From NCBI GenBank assembly GCA_963719515.1, contig CAVRCJ010000015.1, positions 1-64,000 of the forward strand: a stretch of 64,000 nucleotides of DNA. Direction: 5' to 3'. The translations under genes and the position numbers were made by a program. The DNA is from an uncultured cyanobacterium. Lineage in GTDB: Bacteria; Cyanobacteriota; Cyanobacteriia; CAKZMO01. The notes beneath the pieces were generated by a model, which did not search any database, was not told the origin of the DNA, and saw nothing but the letters and a program-made list of their open reading frames with translations. Positions 59,232-64,000 of the stretch are shown here, in pieces (the first letter of the stretch is position 1; every line of letters starts with the position of its first letter).

Positions 59232-60002
59232 CTATCCGTTAGCAACCTCAGAAGGAATTTCTCCCGTAATTCGGCTTAAAAACGTCTGCAGGCGATCGCT
59301 TTTCGGGTTGGTGAGGATCTCTCTAGCGGGACCCGATTCTTCAATCACCCCTTTGTTTAAGAACAGCACCCGATCGGCAACGGCTTTAGCAAAGGCCATC
59401 TCGTGGGTCACCACCACCATGGTCATGCCCTCGTCCGCTAGCTGCTTCATTACCTCCAGCACCTCCCCCACTAGCTCCGGGTCCAGGGCGCTGGTCGGTT
59501 CGTCAAATAAGATTACCTCGGGGTTCATGCATAGGGCGCGGGCGATCGCCACCCGCTGCTTTTGGCCACCGGAGAGCTGCTCTGGGTAAGCATCAGCCTT
59601 TTCTAATAGACCCACTTTATCCAAATACTGGCGCGCCTGGCGCCGGGCCTCTTTTGTCGATTGACTGAGCACCTTCTGCGGGGCTAAGGTGAGATTTTCG
59701 AGCACCGTGCGGTGGGGAAACAGGTTGAACTGCTGGAACACCATGCCCACCTTGGCCCGCAGGTGGCGGAGCTGCTTTGTGGAAATATCGGGGCGCGACA
59801 GATCAATATCGTTGACGACTAGGCGACCGCCGTTGATGGTCTCTAGACGGTTAAAGCAGCGCAGCAGCGTGCTCTTGCCGCAGCCCGACGGACCGATGAT
59901 TGCCACCACCTCCCCGTGGGAGATATAGCCGCTCATGCCCCGCAGAACCGCCAGATCACCGTAGCGCTTTTCGAGCTGTTCAAACACGATTGGGGCAGTC
60001 AT
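59232..60002 (-). CDS. Polar amino-acid ABC transporter ATP-binding protein
   Basis: [35 protein letters not shown]. Confidence 0.95.
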   Translation of the reverse strand: MTAPIVFEQLEKRYGDLAVLRGMSGYISHGEVVAIIGPSGCGKSTLLRCFNRLETINGGRLVVNDIDLSRPDISTKQLRHLRAKVGMVFQQFNLFPHRTVLENLTLAPQKVLSQSTKEARRQARQYLDKVGLLEKADAYPEQLSGGQKQRVAIARALCMNPEVILFDEPTSALDPELVGEVLEVMKQLADEGMTMVVVTHEMAFAKAVADRVLFLNKGVIEESGPAREILTNPKSDRLQTFLSRITGEIPSEVANG

Positions 60003-60247
60003 AGCAGGCGTCCAATTAGTTATGGGTGGGCTAAGGGCAAGTCATTGAGTCTATCCTGTCCCACCAGCATAGGGTGAATTGTAGCCGTTGCCACATCTAG
60101 AGCAATGGGCCTTATCTAGGCTGAGGGAGCGACAACTAAAGTTCAATGCGATCGCCGTAAACGGGTAGCGCCGTGCAAGACTAATGCAGTGCTGTTAATA
60201 AGCTCTTAACCTGACGACGTCTTAATTTTAGAGGAGATTCCCTGACT

Positions 60248-61087
60248 ATGTTTGACCTTTCGCGTAAGCGCTTCCTTCGCCAGGCGGCTCTGGGACTAGG
60301 AACAGTAATGCTAGTGGCCGCCTGCGGTGGCGAGACTACAGATACTGCAGAGACCGGGGAGTCTGCTGAGCAAGCCGCCGAATCGGGGGGCACCCTGGTG
60401 GTAGCCACGGAACCCGCCTTTCCCCCCTTCGAATTTCAGGCCGATGACGGCAGCTTTACCGGTTTTGACATCGATCTGATGAACGCCATTGGCGAGGCAG
60501 CAGGGGTAGAGATCGAGTACGAGAGCCTCCCCTTTGACGGCATCATTCCCGCCCTGCAGGCGGGCACCGTGGATGCGGCCATCAGCGCCATGACCATCAC
60601 TGAAGAGCGGGCAGAGGTGGTGAACTTCTCTCGGCCCTACTTCAAAGCCGGTTTGGCGATCGCCGTTGCAGAAGACAATGCAGAAATCGCCTCCGTTGAC
60701 GATCTAGAAGGCAAAACCATCGCCGTTCAGATTGGCACCACCGGGGCCGATCTGGCCAACAGCATTGAGGGCACCACGGTCAGCACCTTCGACTCCGCGC
60801 CGCTGGCCCTACAGGAGTTAGCCAACGGTAACGCCGATGCAGTAATTAACGACGCCCCTGTCACCCTAGATGCCATCAACGGCGGCAATATCAGCGGCCT
60901 CAAGGTGGTAGGCGAGCTGGTGACCGAAGAGTACTACGGCATCCCCACCCCGCAAAACGCGGATACGGTAGAAACGATCAACGAAGGACTCGCGACAATT
61001 ATCGAAAACGGCACCTACGCCGAAATTTACCAAACCTGGTTCGGCGCTGAGCCGCCCGAGCTGCCGGAAGAAGTCCCTGCCTCTTAA
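60248..61087 (+). CDS. Basic amino-acid ABC transporter substrate-binding lipoprotein
   Basis: LVAAC lipobox; ATEPAFPPFE, GFDIDL, AMTITEER, QIGTTG. Confidence 0.93.
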   Translation: MFDLSRKRFLRQAALGLGTVMLVAACGGETTDTAETGESAEQAAESGGTLVVATEPAFPPFEFQADDGSFTGFDIDLMNAIGEAAGVEIEYESLPFDGIIPALQAGTVDAAISAMTITEERAEVVNFSRPYFKAGLAIAVAEDNAEIASVDDLEGKTIAVQIGTTGADLANSIEGTTVSTFDSAPLALQELANGNADAVINDAPVTLDAINGGNISGLKVVGELVTEEYYGIPTPQNADTVETINEGLATIIENGTYAEIYQTWFGAEPPELPEEVPAS

Positions 61088-61097
61088 CGTGTTTCTC

Positions 61098-61134
61098 CTC
61101 CCGCAATTTCCCTCCCTTGTTGAAATTGCGGGAG
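61098..61134 (+). promoter_or_regulatory. Intergenic 13-bp stem-loop
   Basis: CTCCCGCAATTTC-11 nt-GAAATTGCGGGAG, perfect inverted repeat. Confidence 0.7.
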
Positions 61135-61869
61135 AACGTCCCTATAGCTGCGAGTACCGAACCAGTGTCTTTCGAAGCGATCGCCCAAGCCATGCCAACG
61201 CTCTTAATTGGGGCGCTGGTGACCATTCAAATTACGGCCCTGTCTATTCTATTCGGCATGATTGGCGGCTCCCTTTTAGGGATTGCCCGCCTGTCGCCCC
61301 TCCGCCCCATCCGGCTGTTTGCCCGCGTCTACATCGACTTTTTTCGCGGGACGCCGCTGCTGGTGCAGATTTTCATGATCTACTTTGGCCTGCCAGCGCT
61401 GCTGCAAAGTTTGGGGAGCGACTTTCGTCTCGGTCGCCTGTTCGCCGCCGTGCTGGCCCTCACCCTCAACAGTTCCGCCTACATCGCCGAAATTGTTCGA
61501 GCGGGCATTCAGTCCATTGAGCTAGGTCAAAAAGAAGCCTCAGAATCTCTGGGGTTAGGGCCGGTGCAAACCATGCAGTACGTCATCTTTCCCCAGGCGT
61601 TCCGCCGCATGATTCCGCCTTTGGGCAACGAATTTATTACCCTGCTGAAGGATACCAGCCTGGTGGCGGTAATTGGCTATGAGGAGCTGTTCCGTCGGGG
61701 GCAGCTGATTGTGGCCCAGACCTACCGCGCGTTTGAGATCTATGTGGCGGTGGCGCTGGTGTATCTGGCCCTGACGCTGCTATTCTCCCAAGGGTTTAGT
61801 TTCCTAGAGTGGTGGATGAATCCGGTGGCGCGGCAAAAAGCGTCGTCGGTGAAGACACAGGAAACTTGA
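61117..61869 (+). CDS. Amino-acid ABC transporter permease (true start probably downstream of the hairpin)
   Basis: FRGTPLLVQ, SAYIAEIVRAGI, PQAFRRMIPPLGNEFITLLKDTS. Confidence 0.93.
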   Translation: MLKLRENVPIAASTEPVSFEAIAQAMPTLLIGALVTIQITALSILFGMIGGSLLGIARLSPLRPIRLFARVYIDFFRGTPLLVQIFMIYFGLPALLQSLGSDFRLGRLFAAVLALTLNSSAYIAEIVRAGIQSIELGQKEASESLGLGPVQTMQYVIFPQAFRRMIPPLGNEFITLLKDTSLVAVIGYEELFRRGQLIVAQTYRAFEIYVAVALVYLALTLLFSQGFSFLEWWMNPVARQKASSVKTQET

Positions 61870-61889
61870 CTACTGCCGCCGCAGGTCGC

Positions 61890-63380
61890 CTACCGGCGAG
61901 CAGGTCGAATGCTCGTCCTCAGTCGCGATCGCAGCTCATACTTAATGCGGTTAAGGATAGAGGCCTCATCCAGCGACTGGATAATTTCATTGGCCACCGC
62001 CTTCGGCCCTTGTGGTCCCCAAGATGCGCCGTTTGCCAGGTAAGTCTTTGCGGCTTGGCCAATGGTGTAGGTCATCACCCCAGCGATGCTCGCCTGGGTC
62101 ACCGCTACCGAGAGATAGGGAGCCACCGCCCAGCCTCCCGTCGCGGGAATCGACAGCCCCAGCACGCTCTTTAGCGAGCCTAAGCCCACGGTGGCGGCCA
62201 CCTCACCCGCCATAATGCCCCCCAAATTCAGAGCGATTTGCCGCAGCAGCCGCGCTGCGCCGCGCTCCGTCATTGAAATGCCGTACAGCCGCGACAGGGC
62301 CAATACCAAGACGCCGTCCACCACCGCACCGCTGACCACATCTACCAGGGTCACGGGGTTGGCCGCCACAGCCACCGCCTTAGTCATCACCGCTCGCCAA
62401 ATCAGCTGGTCCGCCGCGCGATCGCGAATTACCAGCTTGCGCTGCACCAGCTGCTCGTTCACCTCATCGGCGTAGATCATAGTGTTCAGGGCCACTAGCG
62501 CCTTGCCGTCCCGCTGCAGCACGTCCAAGATTTTGAGCTTCAAAGCCTCAACCTGGGGGGCTCCCCGCTGACGGTGGAGGTGGAGGGTACCGTCGGCGTC
62601 ACGGGTCGCCTTAGTCTCCAGAGGAGCCGCTGCCGCCATCACAATCTCATCAGCCGAAACCAGCTCCCGCAGCCGCCGATCCCGCAGGGTCTGGTAGAGG
62701 GTATCTCGGTCCGCCTCGGGGTATTGATCCACCTTATTGAGCACTACAAGTATGGGCTTGCTGGCCTCCCGCAGGGTGCAGAGCGCTTGGTACTCCACTT
62801 GGTTGATGTCCCCAGCTACCACGAACAAGATTAGGTCTACCCGGCGGGCCACGGCAAGGGCGATCGCGTCCCGCTCTTCCCCAGACACTTCGTCTAGGCC
62901 AGGGGTGTCGATCAGCTCCAGCCGCGATCGTCCCTGCCCCCCCACCGCCACCCGCAGTAGGTCGCGCCCACCCTCTACCCAAGTCTCGTCCACTGTCCAG
63001 GCGGCGCGCTCTACGAGCTGGGTAACGCCATGCAGCGGCCCGGTTTGAAATACCGCCTGTCCCAGCAGCGCATTGAGCAGTGAAGACTTCCCCCGCCCCA
63101 CCAGGCCAAACACCGCAATTTGCACCACTCCCTGGTCCAGCCGGTGCAGCATTGTCTGCAGGTGGTCAATATCGGCCTGCAGCCCCTCCGCTTCCTCCGC
63201 GGAGAGATCTAGCTGGTCCAGCAGGTGCTCCAGCGTCGCCTGAGCCGCCTGATAGCTAATCTCCGCCTGCATCTGGTCCAGGCTAGCGATCGCTTCGTCA
63301 AGGTCATTTTCTAGGGTCGAGGGGCGATCGCCTGCAGAGCTGGGGTCACTGGGCTTACTGGGGGCTGTCATAATCGGCAA
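61890..63380 (-). CDS. Era-like small GTPase with DUF697 domain
   Basis: GLVGRGKSS, DTPG, NKVD; hydrophobic C-terminus. Confidence 0.88.
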   Translation of the reverse strand: MPIMTAPSKPSDPSSAGDRPSTLENDLDEAIASLDQMQAEISYQAAQATLEHLLDQLDLSAEEAEGLQADIDHLQTMLHRLDQGVVQIAVFGLVGRGKSSLLNALLGQAVFQTGPLHGVTQLVERAAWTVDETWVEGGRDLLRVAVGGQGRSRLELIDTPGLDEVSGEERDAIALAVARRVDLILFVVAGDINQVEYQALCTLREASKPILVVLNKVDQYPEADRDTLYQTLRDRRLRELVSADEIVMAAAAPLETKATRDADGTLHLHRQRGAPQVEALKLKILDVLQRDGKALVALNTMIYADEVNEQLVQRKLVIRDRAADQLIWRAVMTKAVAVAANPVTLVDVVSGAVVDGVLVLALSRLYGISMTERGAARLLRQIALNLGGIMAGEVAATVGLGSLKSVLGLSIPATGGWAVAPYLSVAVTQASIAGVMTYTIGQAAKTYLANGASWGPQGPKAVANEIIQSLDEASILNRIKYELRSRLRTSIRPARR

Positions 63381-63447
63381 TAGTCACTCACACTGATGAC
63401 TCGCAATAGTCGCTCGCACCGAGCAACAGTAATCGATGGCCAAAACC

Positions 63448-64000
63448 TCAGGAACCCGGCATGGCCCCAAACTGATTGCCAAATGGCGTTCGATCGACAT
63501 GCTCATGTAGGACATGGCTGTATTTGTAAAGCGGCTCCCCTTCCGGAGAACTGAGCCGCTCGGGCAGTCCGCTGCGACCGGCGTCGAAGTCGCAGCTGCG
63601 GGCCTCTTGGTTGCACTGGGTTATGGTGTCCATCGTAGCGGAATCCCAAGCCGCGATGTAGTCCGCGTGGAGCGACTGCCCCTGCGCTACGCCCTGTTCT
63701 ACATCGGAAGAGAGATACCAATCGTCTCCCGCCACGGTGGGGTCATAGGTCACCATCAGGGTCATGGTGGGGAGGCGATAGGGATGGGAGGCGGGGCATC
63801 CGTTGGCGGTGGCGTCAGGGCCGCCGGAATAGGCGACATGGCTGTTAACCTCGGACGCGTCGTCAGAGGCAGGGCGGCGGGACAGCTCCCGGAACGTCAG
63901 GACGGGCTCGCCCGTAGAGTCGCCGCTGCCCGTAGCCACGCAGTTGGGAAACTGCATCGAGAATTTTAGCGTTGGTTTGCCGTCGTGGGTTTTGGTTTCA
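63448..64000 (-). CDS. DUF1996 domain protein (5' part outside the window)
   Basis: QFPNC, SHVAY, CPASHP, YLSSD, SLHADYIAAWD. Confidence 0.8.
   Translation of the reverse strand, partial: ETKTHDGKPTLKFSMQFPNCVATGSGDSTGEPVLTFRELSRRPASDDASEVNSHVAYSGGPDATANGCPASHPYRLPTMTLMVTYDPTVAGDDWYLSSDVEQGVAQGQSLHADYIAAWDSATMDTITQCNQEARSCDFDAGRSGLPERLSSPEGEPLYKYSHVLHEHVDRTPFGNQFGAMPGS

Noticed and set aside
1..64000. CRISPR array or Cas12 assignment for the TnpB-like ORFs
   Set aside because: No repeat-spacer array is visible next to any of them; all three have IS605-type hairpin ends and TnpB size.
1..64000. GCGATCGC abundance as a novel repeat
   Set aside because: This is the well-known cyanobacterial HIP1 octamer.

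Overview
Chromosomal window of a fairly GC-rich cyanobacterium: the HIP1 octamer GCGATCGC is abundant and cyanobacterial markers are present (Ycf51, DUF760, Uma2, PRC-barrel). The backbone is housekeeping (serS, hisZ, argD, rimM, sufU, ssb-like, smc, tRNA-Ser(GGA), an amino-acid ABC transporter). Accessory patches at about 1-11 kb and 56-59 kb hold toxin-antitoxin pairs, Uma2 nucleases, an ATPase-TOPRIM gene and gene debris. There are three tnpB-only IS200/IS605 elements with intact RuvC motifs. Two of them carry a 46-aa ribbon-helix-helix gene missing from the ORF track, divergent from tnpB across operator-like repeats 11 bp apart. The strongest candidate for an undescribed system is a ~400-bp protein-less element at 21.05-21.43 kb. 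It has IS605-type ends, its own promoter-like motif and an RNA whose 5' part pairs with the right end, as expected for a stand-alone omega/guide RNA. Also notable are a long, algal-type DDG-synthase (MysA-like) gene with non-canonical neighbours, a 25-bp element inserted exactly into a HIP1 site, and a nested MITE. All calls come from reading the sequence by eye; no database searches were run.
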